From positions 10,125-74,124 of the forward strand of contig JACNLC010000050.1 in NCBI GenBank assembly GCA_014381725.1: DNA of 64,000 nucleotides, written 5' to 3'. The position numbers were made by a program, and so were the translations under genes. This stretch comes from Fidelibacterota bacterium (lineage in GTDB: Bacteria > Fidelibacterota > Marinisomatia > SCGC-AAA003-L08 > JACNLC01). Within the stretch, counting starts at the first letter, position 1. Each line of letters opens with the position of its first letter. Positions 11,001-21,094 of this stretch are shown in pieces. The notes beneath the pieces were generated by a model, which saw nothing but the letters and a program-made list of their open reading frames with translations, was not told where the DNA came from and searched no databases.

Positions 11001-12368
11001 GGATATTCTGTGAGTCAAATGGATAGTTCAATAATAGCTTTATCGCCACTTCTTGATCCACAGGACACATTAATTTTTGATGGTTATGATGGTATTAATT
11101 ATAAAGCATCAAAGATAATGCTAAGAAGTGGCTACAGCGAACCAATGAGCTCATTGTTTGAAGTAGTAGATTTGGAGATTGACCAAATAAACGGAAAAGG
11201 CTTCATTCCCGTAACTACAAATAGTATTACGATAAATGATACTACATTTAACTTTACATTCAAAGATACAACCGATTACAAATGGACAGGAGTTCAAAAT
11301 ATGGCAATTGTGGTTGCAAAGGTTGATGACGAACAACCACCGGTAACTTATGATTTTGTGCTAACAAATATACAAACACCTCCAAATTATAGTGATTTTT
11401 ATGTTTTCCAGAATGTAGGCGCTAGAAATTATCTTGATCTTTATGTTGCGAGTGAGCGAACAATCTTTGATGAATTTGGTGTAGAGGGGCCACAGATTGA
11501 AGTGCAGAGTTTGTATGATACAACAATTGTTTTACTCGAACCTTCGTCTTTGTACTCAAATGATTACATTTTATACCACAATTTTTGGGAATTGGGGAAT
11601 TGGGATTCTTATTCGTTGATATATTCAGGTACTGACCAACATGGGATTGCAATAGACTCGGATACAATAGATGTTTCGTTAATATATTCTCAAGAGGTGT
11701 TAGAACGAGGATTTTATTCTCCATCTCAAAACTTTTGGATTGAATTTTCTGAAGAAATAAATATTAATACTAGATTAATCAGTTTCGAAACCGGAGCCAA
11801 CAATCACCTTATCAGTCAATTGCAAAATGATGATTTGGCAGTTATAAGCTCCACTGTTGCATATTTTGGACCAAGTGAGTTACAAACTGAAACACCGTTT
11901 AGATTAACTGCAAATCTGCCCGAAGAATATGATAATGTTCAACTTTATTCGTGCCAAAATGGGGACTGGATAAATTTAGGGGGGCATATCAACAACGGTG
12001 TGATTACGATATCAACAAATCGTTTTGGATATTTTGCAATTGTAGCAGGAGAAGAACATTATCCTGTAGATACTTCCTCATTGCTGCCAGAAAAATATAT
12101 TCTTCAGCAAAATTATCCAAATCCGTTTAATGCCACAACTCAGATAAACTATGGCATACCGCATGACTCTCATGTCAATCTATCAATTTATGATTTAAAG
12201 GGAAGACAAATAGCAGAATTAGTCAATGCGAAGCAACCAGCATCATGGTATTCTGTAATATGGGACGGTGCAAATCACAATGGCCAAACTTTATCATCCG
12301 GAGTATATTTCATAACTCTGAAAACAAACCAATCAATCAAAACTCAAAAAATGGTATTACTAAAATGA
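8025..12368 (+). CDS. Large secreted protein with M30-like metallopeptidase-fold segment (degenerate HEYTK) and T9SS type A sorting domain
   Basis: HGYFS..NGGDIIYLD..AISHEYTKLL..WLIEGLA; C-terminal LQQNYPNPFN..WDG..SSGVYF..KMVLLK. Confidence 0.7.
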   Translation: MKKMYFITLILISFCFTIEMEDCAYDLNSNTISITFDNLINTQDVLLGLMAFSDGTIELPLTGGEIVTEDEFSQSVEISLIYGEIIDSRGDYNYWGNTGDLAESVENMDLENLILIVQPPAFVSSDNQIIGYQEISVETIYSEDIYPVMESVYYDCNINMLTVEFDRIVQFDQLAEDRASEDDGPGNQQMDGNPTEDENDNGVLDMEQNIDVFKIGFSNDYGVMNLEGFDNILQVEDDTLISIYLTNLDAKKLESSLLINDTSTNANVSAGAFRDTNYNSNIMSSVAVTTIPDSILFVANSSSYNLSDNEMQIFFTDCRDVTYTDPTPIWSKFSFSDGENSISLSGIESVSTSGSTLKLRELLFSDQAAIENMISSNYEQGESSFYLSIEEYSVYDVNGNGNVEVVNIPIEIIEDFESPVLDEIFYDALENQITLNWSPDKINYYKSNKLSTTPELYDVSGIRVYSGTEYADTLEITTAHISRNSTKKETYLDLTLEEAGWIEFHSSDSLIMEIDAYTLYSSGAGNNSGNFTINLGISYNPDVVAPSVESAILNEESDTLHLIFDKNISLNTINLETLNVIINSETITLTTSVENMLSEFSDELYLSINETQMQSVAEAIPNNNIIEMDLVIPDSTIKSLDGVWKQEQTIDLSFGKNFWNKSFRAFAETPEEIFCSFKYLSDNLMIFVEDSLWNIDFDSSDIDSIVSFFSETKETLESYHGSFNDIDENGVLIFVLYDISDEYGKGKNDTNASLFTHGYFSLNAEESDEDYANGGDIIYLDINPQIVWDGEDEKDFNETMFNAISHEYTKLLITQNENIEEEWLIEGLAYLEQLRTSGDVKFFGNNTNPSAVAGNQLTYLSNSLKTRYDQWNIYLFLNYLFEKYTNTDGWDIINNISLNDTIQGLGSIDTALVELGFEKDVKDIFLDYAIASFLDMEHQEHYYDAAYAMDAVDLYGAPDGKNAGVMKFNDISPPPYSFSGLNPWSYSFYLIQGYSVSQMDSSIIALSPLLDPQDTLIFDGYDGINYKASKIMLRSGYSEPMSSLFEVVDLEIDQINGKGFIPVTTNSITINDTTFNFTFKDTTDYKWTGVQNMAIVVAKVDDEQPPVTYDFVLTNIQTPPNYSDFYVFQNVGARNYLDLYVASERTIFDEFGVEGPQIEVQSLYDTTIVLLEPSSLYSNDYILYHNFWELGNWDSYSLIYSGTDQHGIAIDSDTIDVSLIYSQEVLERGFYSPSQNFWIEFSEEININTRLISFETGANNHLISQLQNDDLAVISSTVAYFGPSELQTETPFRLTANLPEEYDNVQLYSCQNGDWINLGGHINNGVITISTNRFGYFAIVAGEEHYPVDTSSLLPEKYILQQNYPNPFNATTQINYGIPHDSHVNLSIYDLKGRQIAELVNAKQPASWYSVIWDGANHNGQTLSSGVYFITLKTNQSIKTQKMVLLK

Positions 12369-13324
12369 GAAAATATTTTATACTGTTCATACTGTCGGCA
12401 ATAATTCAATTCGGGTGTAATCCTTATAGTGATGATAATTATTTATACAATCCTCCGGATACCTATGTAAATCTGATGGTCGAGGGATGGGGTGCGTATG
12501 TTACAGGAGATTTTGATATTGCAATTGAAGCGTTTCAATCAGCAGCTGATAGGGACGCTACTAAACCAGAACCATATCTAGGATTGGGTTGGAGCTATGC
12601 AAGAACACCAAATTTAGAATCAGCAAAAGCAAATTTTTCTAAAACGCTTGCGTTTTCAGATTTTGATGATGAATTAGGCGATACTTTGCTTGCTGAAACT
12701 TATGCAGGGATGGCTTATGTGTTTATGGCAGAAGAAAATTGTGAATCAGCAATTGAATACAGTCAAAATGTAATAGGATTAAATCCTACATTTCAAATGA
12801 GATATGATGTATCAATAAACATTGATCGTCTTGAATTAATGGAATTAATTTGTAATTTCAACCTCCATAGTATTTCTGAAGCGTATTTGATGGCAAAAGA
12901 TATGGGAGGCGAATTCACAACTGTTTTCCAACAGATAAATGGTCAAGCTACCGTTGAACATATCGATAACACTGAATTAACAGGAGAACATAAAGGAATT
13001 CTTCAAGAGGTATTTGAAGATGTGAATGAAGACTGCGTTTACGACTCGTTAGAAACATTTACTGATGCTAACAATAACAATCTTTGGGACATAGTGAACG
13101 AAAGTTATTTTTTGATTTATGTAGAATCAGTACTGCTGTGTAGTGAAACACCTGATTCAGTTTATTCAGTACTGTCAATAGATGAAGGAACCAATACATT
13201 TTATTTTCAGGAAAACCCGATTATCCCGAACGAAGATACTATAATAGCAAATTATTACTATGTAGAAGATTACGGTTTGTTTCTGAATGAACTTTTAGCG
13301 ATTTTATCATCGTTAAACAACTAA
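12365..13324 (+). CDS. TPR-containing lipoprotein
   Basis: Likely start ATG at 12365 (ATGA overlap with upstream stop); lipobox IQFGC; TPR EGWGAY..AFQSA..YLGLGWSY. Confidence 0.7.
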   Translation: MRKYFILFILSAIIQFGCNPYSDDNYLYNPPDTYVNLMVEGWGAYVTGDFDIAIEAFQSAADRDATKPEPYLGLGWSYARTPNLESAKANFSKTLAFSDFDDELGDTLLAETYAGMAYVFMAEENCESAIEYSQNVIGLNPTFQMRYDVSINIDRLELMELICNFNLHSISEAYLMAKDMGGEFTTVFQQINGQATVEHIDNTELTGEHKGILQEVFEDVNEDCVYDSLETFTDANNNNLWDIVNESYFLIYVESVLLCSETPDSVYSVLSIDEGTNTFYFQENPIIPNEDTIIANYYYVEDYGLFLNELLAILSSLNN

Positions 13325-13382
13325 TTTTAGGTTGATAAACCCTAAAAAACAGAAAAATAGTATAAAAAGAAAGGAAAGTACT

Positions 13383-16300
13383 ATGAAGAAGAAGTTAACA
13401 GTAATGTTAGTTTTGTGCTTAACAGCATCTTTTATTTTTGCAAAGATGCCAGTTGACCAGAAAACTACAAAACTAACAACAAACAAGACCCAGTTTGTAA
13501 TACCGGGTAAGAACCTGATTGCTTCCCAGTCAATGATGGATAATGTTATAAAAAATCAAATGGCACGGCAGGGAAATGATGATTCTGATGTTTTACCTTT
13601 ACATCGCCATGCTGCAAGTAAGATTGCAACACGGGACTGTGAAGGTTGCTGGGATTTATCTCATGTGGATGAGACGGCAGAATGGTATCTTGGAAGTGGT
13701 GCCGCTAGCGATACAATGGCAGTAGCATTTACAGCCGCCGCACCATGTATTGTTCAGGAAGTATATTGTCAATGGTTTGACGGTGGGAATATTACTGCAT
13801 TTGCGTCAATGGTGAGTGATATTGCGAACGAAAATACCGGCAATACCGGAGCTTCAACAGGTTGGCCTCGCGGAACGGCGCCATGGTCGCCAATTGGGCA
13901 AATGATGACTAATCCAACTCCAAATACTGCTGTTGGAGATAATAGCTATGAATTATTGGATATTGGCGGAACATTCCAAGTAGGAGACGAAAGTGATCTT
14001 GCAAACACGCCTGCATTCATGATAATCATTATTAAAGGTGCAGAAACTCCTCATCCATTAGCATCTGATGTTGCAGACAACACTTACCTATGGTTTGGTG
14101 GTCCTTGGACCGACCCTGATGGTGATATTACAACCCCAGATGGTGACTGGGGTGATGGATACGCATGGGGATCATACCAGAGTTCAGGAAGTATGGACAG
14201 CGGATTAATCGACAATATGGTTTTGGTTAAAGTAACATATCCTTGGGGTGCTCCAATTGCATCGAGTGCCAGTCAGTTACCAAACACTTATGCTACCACA
14301 AACACATTAGAAGTATTAGTTGATTTATTTGATGATGTTGACGATGCAAGTGGGTATGCAATCAATGACGATGATATTATCAACTTTATTTATTCCGTTG
14401 ATGGCGTGGAAACAACCCTAACACTTGCGGATGCTTTACCGGTTGATGTTGGTGCAGAAGGCAATGGTGTTTATGCGTTCAACATTGATTATACTGGGAC
14501 AGCAGGAACTGTAATTGAATATTGGTTAGAATTAACTGATAACGATGGTTTGTATTCAGAAACTGCTCCATTAAAGTTTGAAGTTAAAGCTCCATTAAAT
14601 ACAGATGCAGATCTTCTAATTATCAACGACCGTGCTGGTAGTTACAATGTTGACCTTTATGAAACCGTTGTTGCAGATATGGGAATTATTTTTGAAACTT
14701 GGAATGTTACAGACAATAATGGTATAGATGCTTCTGTAATTAATTTCGGTTGGTCATCCATTGTTGTTTATGGATGGGGAACTTCAACAGTTCCAATTAT
14801 TGCCGAAGAAGAAGACCCAGGATATGGTGCTTTCTTAGATGCTGGCGGACATTTATTGTTAGTTGACCAAGACTGGTTTTATGGTCATGCACTAGATGTA
14901 TCACCTGTTTTTGAAGCTGGTGATTTTGCTTATGACTATTTTGGTTTAGCTGGTGGAGAAAATGACCCTATGGATGAAGAAGGACTCAATAGTATAGGCG
15001 ATACTTTAGTAACAAGTCTAATAGATGGGTTATTTGAAGAAGAAGAAATTGCCTTGGCTCATGACATATATGGAACTTCCAATTGGGCTGATTATCTCTA
15101 TGAAGGTGATGGAGTTGGTATATTTGCTGGATTTGATTCTGATGAAATTGTTGGTATTCAAAATGGAAATGCAACATATTTATCATTCATGGCGGATGCA
15201 GCGGTTGACACATTAGAAACCGGTGAATTAACTTACGATCAGTTTGGAACCTTATTGAACTATATTATAACTGACTTTGGAGTAACTTCACCTCCTGTTG
15301 CTTGGTTTGTTGATGGGCCAACAGGGCATATTTTCACCCAGGAAGACCAAACTGTTACATTTGGTGCTGAAGATCCGGACGGTGATGCTTTTACGGTTGA
15401 ATTATCATATATTGTGAATGACGGCGAAACGACAGTTGTCTCCACTATAGATAATGGAGATGGCTCATTTACGGGCACAATTCCAGGACAAGGAAGCGGT
15501 GCTGTTGTTGATTATTTTGCTGTTACGACAGATGACACAGGAGCATCTTATACAACCGAAGTTTATAACTATGATGTATATTCTCCATCTTCAAATGTCT
15601 TGTTTGTGTTAAACAATGAAATGGACCCAGCGGGATATCCTGGATTGTATTACTTCTATAATTCAGCAACTGGTGGATTGTATTTAATGCCAGATTTTTG
15701 GGTTGGTGCTGTTGTGCCTGAGTTACTTGACTTTTATGATACAGTATTTGAAATTGCAACTACAAACACATACGATAGTTTTTACGATCACTATGATGTT
15801 GTCCATGCTTGGTTGCAAGATGGAAATAAAAACTATGTATTAGCAGGCGATGAATTGTTCTACATGCTAGGTGTTGACGGGGCAACAGAAGCAGGAACAT
15901 TCTTTAACGATTTAGGAATTGCTGAAGCCCACAGTGATTTATCCTATCCAGATGAATATTCAGGAACTTCACCCTTATATGCAGTTGAGAATGATCTGAT
16001 ATCTGGTGATTTATTTGCTGGAATTAATGACCTTGGAGATGGTAGCGAACTAATGTATGACCCTCTCTATGAAATCGGATTAGACTACAACTGGATTGAT
16101 GGAATGGTTGCTACGGAAGATGCAACCCCAACAATTTATCATACAGCTACTGATTTGGCTGTTGGAGTTTATAAAGAATGGACAAATGGCAACAAAACAA
16201 TGTATCTTGGTTTTGATCCATTATCATTAAATTCAGCACCAACTTATGATTGGTGGGGCGCAGGTGATGCTGGTACTTTGAAAAAAGCTCTTGATTGGTT

Positions 16301-16619
16301 TGAAGTATTAAGTATTAGTGATAATGTAGGTTTGATACCTTCTGACTTTGCCTTGCATAAAAACTATCCGAACCCTTTCAATCCAGTAACGATGATTAGT
16401 TTTGATATTCCAAATGCAACAGATGTTCAACTTAAAGTTTATGACTTATTAGGTAAAGAGGTTGCAACACTGTTTAATGAACACACAACTCCGGGTACAT
16501 ATCATGCAACCTGGAATGGTTTGGATTATTCTGGAATGTCAGTATCAAGTGGTGTTTATTTCTATAGAATTATAGCCGGTGATTTTATCAAAACCGAAAA
16601 GATGATTCTACTGAAATAA
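13383..16619 (+). CDS. Secreted acidic multidomain protein with T9SS type A sorting domain
   Basis: Start MKKKL after AAGGA; signal peptide; C-terminal NYPNPFNPVT..WNG..SSGVYFYR..KMILLK. Confidence 0.8.
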   Translation: MKKKLTVMLVLCLTASFIFAKMPVDQKTTKLTTNKTQFVIPGKNLIASQSMMDNVIKNQMARQGNDDSDVLPLHRHAASKIATRDCEGCWDLSHVDETAEWYLGSGAASDTMAVAFTAAAPCIVQEVYCQWFDGGNITAFASMVSDIANENTGNTGASTGWPRGTAPWSPIGQMMTNPTPNTAVGDNSYELLDIGGTFQVGDESDLANTPAFMIIIIKGAETPHPLASDVADNTYLWFGGPWTDPDGDITTPDGDWGDGYAWGSYQSSGSMDSGLIDNMVLVKVTYPWGAPIASSASQLPNTYATTNTLEVLVDLFDDVDDASGYAINDDDIINFIYSVDGVETTLTLADALPVDVGAEGNGVYAFNIDYTGTAGTVIEYWLELTDNDGLYSETAPLKFEVKAPLNTDADLLIINDRAGSYNVDLYETVVADMGIIFETWNVTDNNGIDASVINFGWSSIVVYGWGTSTVPIIAEEEDPGYGAFLDAGGHLLLVDQDWFYGHALDVSPVFEAGDFAYDYFGLAGGENDPMDEEGLNSIGDTLVTSLIDGLFEEEEIALAHDIYGTSNWADYLYEGDGVGIFAGFDSDEIVGIQNGNATYLSFMADAAVDTLETGELTYDQFGTLLNYIITDFGVTSPPVAWFVDGPTGHIFTQEDQTVTFGAEDPDGDAFTVELSYIVNDGETTVVSTIDNGDGSFTGTIPGQGSGAVVDYFAVTTDDTGASYTTEVYNYDVYSPSSNVLFVLNNEMDPAGYPGLYYFYNSATGGLYLMPDFWVGAVVPELLDFYDTVFEIATTNTYDSFYDHYDVVHAWLQDGNKNYVLAGDELFYMLGVDGATEAGTFFNDLGIAEAHSDLSYPDEYSGTSPLYAVENDLISGDLFAGINDLGDGSELMYDPLYEIGLDYNWIDGMVATEDATPTIYHTATDLAVGVYKEWTNGNKTMYLGFDPLSLNSAPTYDWWGAGDAGTLKKALDWFEVLSISDNVGLIPSDFALHKNYPNPFNPVTMISFDIPNATDVQLKVYDLLGKEVATLFNEHTTPGTYHATWNGLDYSGMSVSSGVYFYRIIAGDFIKTEKMILLK

Positions 16620-16640
16620 TATTAAACCTATCTCAATGTA

Positions 16641-16668
16641 AAAGCCCTACTTAGGTAGGGCTTTTTTT
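16641..16668 (+). terminator. Rho-independent terminator closing the TBDR operon
   Basis: AAAGCCCTAC-TTAG-GTAGGGCTTT followed by T tract. Confidence 0.85.
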
Positions 16669-16774
16669 GTTTTAGAATTTTATGATCTATGAGTATTTGT
16701 TTGGCACTACAATAAATCCTAATTTTTAATTGAAAACATTTCATAAGTTTACGCACTAAAATTAGGAGAATAAT

Positions 16775-17602
16775 ATGCGTTTAGTATTGATTTTATCAAT
16801 TGGACTATTTATGATAATTGGATGTAACAATGGTAAAAAAGAAACAGACAAAGAATCTGCAAATCAGTTAGATATCGAAGGGAAAGAAATGGTAACAGAT
16901 ACAGGACTAAAATATGTTGACGACAAAATTGGAACAGGAGCTTCACCTAAAGCAGGAGACAAAGTAACAGTACATTATACAGGAACTTTAGAAGACAGCA
17001 CCAAATTTGACAGCTCAGTTGATAGAAATCAACCATTTGAATTTACTATAGGGGTTGGACAAGTTATTAAAGGTTGGGATGAAGGCGTGATGTCTATGAA
17101 AGTAGGCGGAAAACGAAAACTAACAATCCCACCGGAACTCGGATATGGTGCACGAGGTGCTGGCGGAGTAATTCCTCCAAACGCTACTTTAATTTTTGAA
17201 GTTGAATTACTTGAAGTTGAAGAAGCTTTTGTTGATACTGATTTTTCTCTACCCGGTAAAGAAGTCAATACTGAATCTGGTCTAAAAATGATTCTACACA
17301 AAGAAGGTTCTGGCGATTTACCAAAAGACGGACAAACTGTTGTTGTGCATTATACTGGCATGTTGGCTACAGGAAAGAAATTTGATAGTTCTCATGACCG
17401 TGATAAACCATTTCAATTTCAACTTGGTGCAAAAAGAGTAATTGCAGGATGGGACGAAGCACTTGCTTTAATGAAAAAAGGTGAAAAACGAACTTTGATT
17501 ATTCCTCCAGATCTTGGATATGGTGAAAGAGGAGCTGGTGGAGTAATCCCACCGAACGCTACTTTAATATTTGAAGTAGAACTCGTAGATATTCTTAATT
17601 AA
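16775..17602 (+). CDS. Lipoprotein with two tandem FKBP-type peptidyl-prolyl isomerase domains
   Basis: Lipobox IIGC; two copies of [41 protein letters not shown]. Confidence 0.95.
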   Translation: MRLVLILSIGLFMIIGCNNGKKETDKESANQLDIEGKEMVTDTGLKYVDDKIGTGASPKAGDKVTVHYTGTLEDSTKFDSSVDRNQPFEFTIGVGQVIKGWDEGVMSMKVGGKRKLTIPPELGYGARGAGGVIPPNATLIFEVELLEVEEAFVDTDFSLPGKEVNTESGLKMILHKEGSGDLPKDGQTVVVHYTGMLATGKKFDSSHDRDKPFQFQLGAKRVIAGWDEALALMKKGEKRTLIIPPDLGYGERGAGGVIPPNATLIFEVELVDILN

Positions 17603-17628
17603 AATTCTCATAATTCAGTTGAGGTAAA

Positions 17629-18654
17629 ATGAAAAATATATTTGTAATTATATTATTAGGGTTGTTTTGGCTCAGCTGTGGTAAAGAGCAATCTATTAAT
17701 TGGTTCCCAGGAAGTTTTCAAGAAGCACTTGATAAGCCGGAAGACCAGATCATTATGATAGATTTTTTCACTGATTGGTGTGTTTGGTGCAAAAATTTGG
17801 ATAAGGACACATTTTCACACCCAGCTGTTATCAAACTATCAAAACAATTCGTGAATATTAAGATTAATGCTGAAGTCGGGGCAGGAGTTGACATTGCAAA
17901 ACAATATAATGTGTCGGGTTTCCCATCTATAGTGTTTATTAGCAAACAAGGTCAAGAAATTGACCGTATTCCTGGGTATTTACCTCCAGAACAATTTGTT
18001 GTAAGACAACAAGAAATACTAGATGGACATAATACCATAATAGATTTACAAAATCGTTATGCCCGAAATCCGAATGATCTTGAAGTAGCAATTTCATTAG
18101 CAGAAAAGCATGAAAATTCTGGTAAAATAAAAGAAGCAAGTAATATTTACCATAGTGTTGTAGAACATTATCCAAACGATTCGTCTGAAGTAGTAAATTC
18201 CGCAAGATATTTTGTTGCATCAGAATCACTTCTTAACGGAAGTACTGATGGTTTGTTTAGTTTTATTGAACAGCATTCTTCTTCGCAATTTATCTACAAT
18301 GCTTATGAGCAACTTGTGAGATATTTTGGATTTATTAAGGATACAACGAAGGAAGTTAAAGCGTTTAAAGATTGGATTTCTTTGTATCCCAATGATGCAA
18401 GTGTGCTCAATGGATATGCCTGGAGAATGTCTGAATTAGAAGTTAATCTCGAAGATGCGCTCGAAAAATCTAGGCTTGCAGTAGTTTTAGCGAACCAAAA
18501 CCCAAAACACCAAGCTCAAATTATTGATACTGAAGCAGAAATATTATGGAAATTGGGTGAGTCAGAAAAAGCAATTGACGCCATCGAAAGAGCTATTGCA
18601 ATCGAACCAGAAAACACATACTTCCAACAACAAAAAGAAAAATTTAGACAGTAA
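17629..18654 (+). CDS. Thioredoxin-fold + TPR lipoprotein
   Basis: Lipobox WLSC, DWCVWC motif, GFPS, C-terminal TPR (LNGYAW..IIDTEA). Confidence 0.8.
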   Translation: MKNIFVIILLGLFWLSCGKEQSINWFPGSFQEALDKPEDQIIMIDFFTDWCVWCKNLDKDTFSHPAVIKLSKQFVNIKINAEVGAGVDIAKQYNVSGFPSIVFISKQGQEIDRIPGYLPPEQFVVRQQEILDGHNTIIDLQNRYARNPNDLEVAISLAEKHENSGKIKEASNIYHSVVEHYPNDSSEVVNSARYFVASESLLNGSTDGLFSFIEQHSSSQFIYNAYEQLVRYFGFIKDTTKEVKAFKDWISLYPNDASVLNGYAWRMSELEVNLEDALEKSRLAVVLANQNPKHQAQIIDTEAEILWKLGESEKAIDAIERAIAIEPENTYFQQQKEKFRQ

Positions 18655-18677
18655 AATCCTTGATTGCGGAGTTTTAT

Positions 18678-19043
18678 TTAATGTCCGCAGTTTCCTCCAC
18701 AGGATAATCCTTCGCCACTTGTTAGTAGAGTCGTTTTCCCATCTTTATGGCGGTCTATGGCTTCCAGCACCGTTGGAATGTCTTCAAGCAGAAATATCTT
18801 TACATCACAATCCACTGCAACATTAAAAGCTCCTGGACCCATATGGAATGTTACTGCAGAATCAAACCCTAATTCTTCAGCTCTAGCAAAGATTTTTGCG
18901 TGATGAGATTTTTCATCACCAACAATTTTATGAACTAGTTCTCCATTTTCGTTTACAATTAAAAACCAATTTGGGTGTCCAAAATGGTTGTCAACTTTTG
19001 AAGTTAATTCCGGAGCTTCTGCCGGGATACATATATTTTTCAT
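18678..19043 (-). CDS. NifB/NifX-family (FeMo-cofactor-binding fold) protein
   Basis: ICIPA..VDNHFGH..FLIV..MGPGA; C-terminal CGGNCGH. Confidence 0.75.
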   Translation of the reverse strand: MKNICIPAEAPELTSKVDNHFGHPNWFLIVNENGELVHKIVGDEKSHHAKIFARAEELGFDSAVTFHMGPGAFNVAVDCDVKIFLLEDIPTVLEAIDRHKDGKTTLLTSGEGLSCGGNCGH

Positions 19044-19046
19044 AAT

Positions 19047-19289
19047 TTATTCTTCCTTTAAATTGAGTATTTTAAATAATCGATGAGACACATCTTCGGG
19101 GACATCCTGTTCTTCTTCGGTAATGCGATAAATTTTCACCAACTTTTTTACGGAATCAAAATGAACCTTGCATTCAGGACAATCTTCGAGATGGTTGACA
19201 ATTTCATCACAAATAGGGGCATCAATATCTTCACCCATTTGCTGACAGATTAGTTTTTTAAGTTCGTTGCTATGTTTATGATGACTCAT
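19047..19289 (-). CDS. Zinc-finger (ZAS/zf-HC2) anti-sigma factor
   Basis: HLEDCPEC (HxxxCxxC) motif; overlaps the ECF sigma stop. Confidence 0.85.
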   Translation of the reverse strand: MSHHKHSNELKKLICQQMGEDIDAPICDEIVNHLEDCPECKVHFDSVKKLVKIYRITEEEQDVPEDVSHRLFKILNLKEE

Positions 19290-19870
19290 ACTAATCCCTC
19301 ATTCTTGAAATATTCTGCAAATTTTTCACGGAGTGATAATCTGGCACGCATTAGTCTAACTTTTACATTAGATTCTGAGATGTTTAATATTTCCGCAGTA
19401 TCAGAAACTGAATTTCCTTCGATATCACGCAGAATGAAAATTGTCCTAAGATTCTCATTCAGTTCTTTGATTGCAGTATCTAAATATTTTCTAAATTCTT
19501 TATCTGATAATTTATTTTCAAGATGTTCCGGGATAGAAAACGACTCATTACTTCCCATTTCCGGATAATCTGGGTCATCCAACGAGTAAGCTAAATTGAT
19601 ATGATGCTTGTCCCTCATTTTTTCCAAAGCAACATTAGTAGCAACTCGGTAGAGCCAAGTATATAATGATGAATTTCCTTTGAAAGTGTCAATTTTTGTT
19701 ACCATTTTCAAAAATGTTTCCTGCAACACATCTTCGGCATCAGTTTCATTCCGCATTAATCGAAGCCCAAGGTTATAAATTTTAGGTGAATAATGTGTTA
19801 CCAACTCGCCGAGTGCTTTCCTGTTACCCTGTTTTGCCAGAGAAATAATTTTGTTTTCATCATTTAGCAT
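19286..19870 (-). CDS. ECF RNA polymerase sigma factor
   Basis: DAEDVLQETF..FKGNSSLYTWLYRVATN; region 4 ETAEILNISESNVKVRLMRAR-like. Confidence 0.93.
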   Translation of the reverse strand: MLNDENKIISLAKQGNRKALGELVTHYSPKIYNLGLRLMRNETDAEDVLQETFLKMVTKIDTFKGNSSLYTWLYRVATNVALEKMRDKHHINLAYSLDDPDYPEMGSNESFSIPEHLENKLSDKEFRKYLDTAIKELNENLRTIFILRDIEGNSVSDTAEILNISESNVKVRLMRARLSLREKFAEYFKNEGLV

Positions 19871-19948
19871 ACCCCTTAAATTAAGGAAATTGTAAAATGC
19901 AAACCTATCATTGAGTTAATTTTCTACGTTAGATTTTTACTAACAAGT

Positions 19949-20293
19949 CTATAAGTATTTCTCAATTTTTTCTATGATATTATTTTTTGGTTGTGCTCCT
20001 ACAATTTTATTAACCAATTTTCCATTTTTGAAAAATAGTAGTGTTGGAATGCTTCGTATCCCAAGCTCCTTAGATTTTTGATTATATTCAGAATTTAGCT
20101 TCCCAATTTTTGCCCTACCAGCAAACTCATCTGCAATTTCTTCGACAATTGGTCCGATAAGTTTACAAGGCCCACACCAAGAAGCCCAAATATCAACAAG
20201 AACTACTCCTTGATATTGTAGAACTTCTTCGTCCCAGTTGCCGTCGGTAAATTCTACAATGTGCTTTTCTCTTTTTTTAAATAATCCAAACAT
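19949..20293 (-). CDS. trxA: Thioredoxin
   Basis: WASWCGPCK, IRSIPTL. Confidence 0.92.
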   Translation of the reverse strand: MFGLFKKREKHIVEFTDGNWDEEVLQYQGVVLVDIWASWCGPCKLIGPIVEEIADEFAGRAKIGKLNSEYNQKSKELGIRSIPTLLFFKNGKLVNKIVGAQPKNNIIEKIEKYL

Positions 20294-20316
20294 TTTAACC
20301 TCTCTTTTATAAAGAT

Positions 20317-20344
20317 TAGATGCAGATTTTAATTTGAGGTTACA
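20317..20344 (-). promoter_or_regulatory. Putative ECF-sigma promoter for the trxA-sigma-antisigma-nifX run
   Basis: Minus strand TGTAAC-N16-CATCTA ending ~24 nt before the trxA ATG. Confidence 0.55.
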
Positions 20345-20353
20345 ATATCTCTT

Positions 20354-21094
20354 CTAGTTTGAGCTAGTATTCTCGAAATAAATTAATCGCATTCCATCGA
20401 GAGTTAATGACGGGACAAGCGAATGTTTTATTGTTAATTTAGGCGAAACGAGTTTGCCAAATCCACCTGTAAGAACGACATTGACATCATTCCATTCCAT
20501 TTCAGTTTTTATTCGTTTAACCATTCCTTCAACTTCGTCAATTGCACTAAACATAATTCCTGATTGTAAATTTGTTTTGGTGTTTTTGCCGACAACTTTT
20601 TCAGGAAATGTAAATGCAGTATCACGGAGCAATGCGGCTTTTTCAAATAAATATCGTGCAGATACATCAATCCCAGGAGCAATTGCACCACCAATAAATG
20701 TTTGTTTTTCGTCAATCACATCATAGGTTGTTGCAGTTCCAAAATCTACAACAATTGCAGGTGAACCGATATTTTCAATCGTCGCTACACAATTACAAAT
20801 TCTATCGGCACCGACTTCAGATGGATCATCAACATTGTAAAGCAAACCGGAATTTTCTACAGAAACAACTATCGGAAAAATGTCGAAAATGTTTTTGGAA
20901 GCTTCCGAGTAAATTTTGGTGAGATAAGGGACAACCGAACTGATTACTATTCCATCAATCTGATGTTCGGATAACGGTTGAAATTCACTCCAAAAATTTA
21001 GGTCAGATTCAATCCGCACGGATTCAACAAGATTATCATTATCAAAAACCGCACAGACAACATTAGTGTTTCCAATATCAATTGTAAGTAACAT
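20354..21094 (-). CDS. coaX: Type III pantothenate kinase
   Basis: IDIGNTN, GADR, VDFGTATT, GGAIAPG, LTGG. Confidence 0.95.
   Translation of the reverse strand: MLLTIDIGNTNVVCAVFDNDNLVESVRIESDLNFWSEFQPLSEHQIDGIVISSVVPYLTKIYSEASKNIFDIFPIVVSVENSGLLYNVDDPSEVGADRICNCVATIENIGSPAIVVDFGTATTYDVIDEKQTFIGGAIAPGIDVSARYLFEKAALLRDTAFTFPEKVVGKNTKTNLQSGIMFSAIDEVEGMVKRIKTEMEWNDVNVVLTGGFGKLVSPKLTIKHSLVPSLTLDGMRLIYFENTSSN

Noticed and set aside
19915-19935. AATTTTCTACGTTAGAT, resembling a third Cas12a handle
   Set aside because: Stem and loop do not match, no GTCTAAG 5' part, no leader
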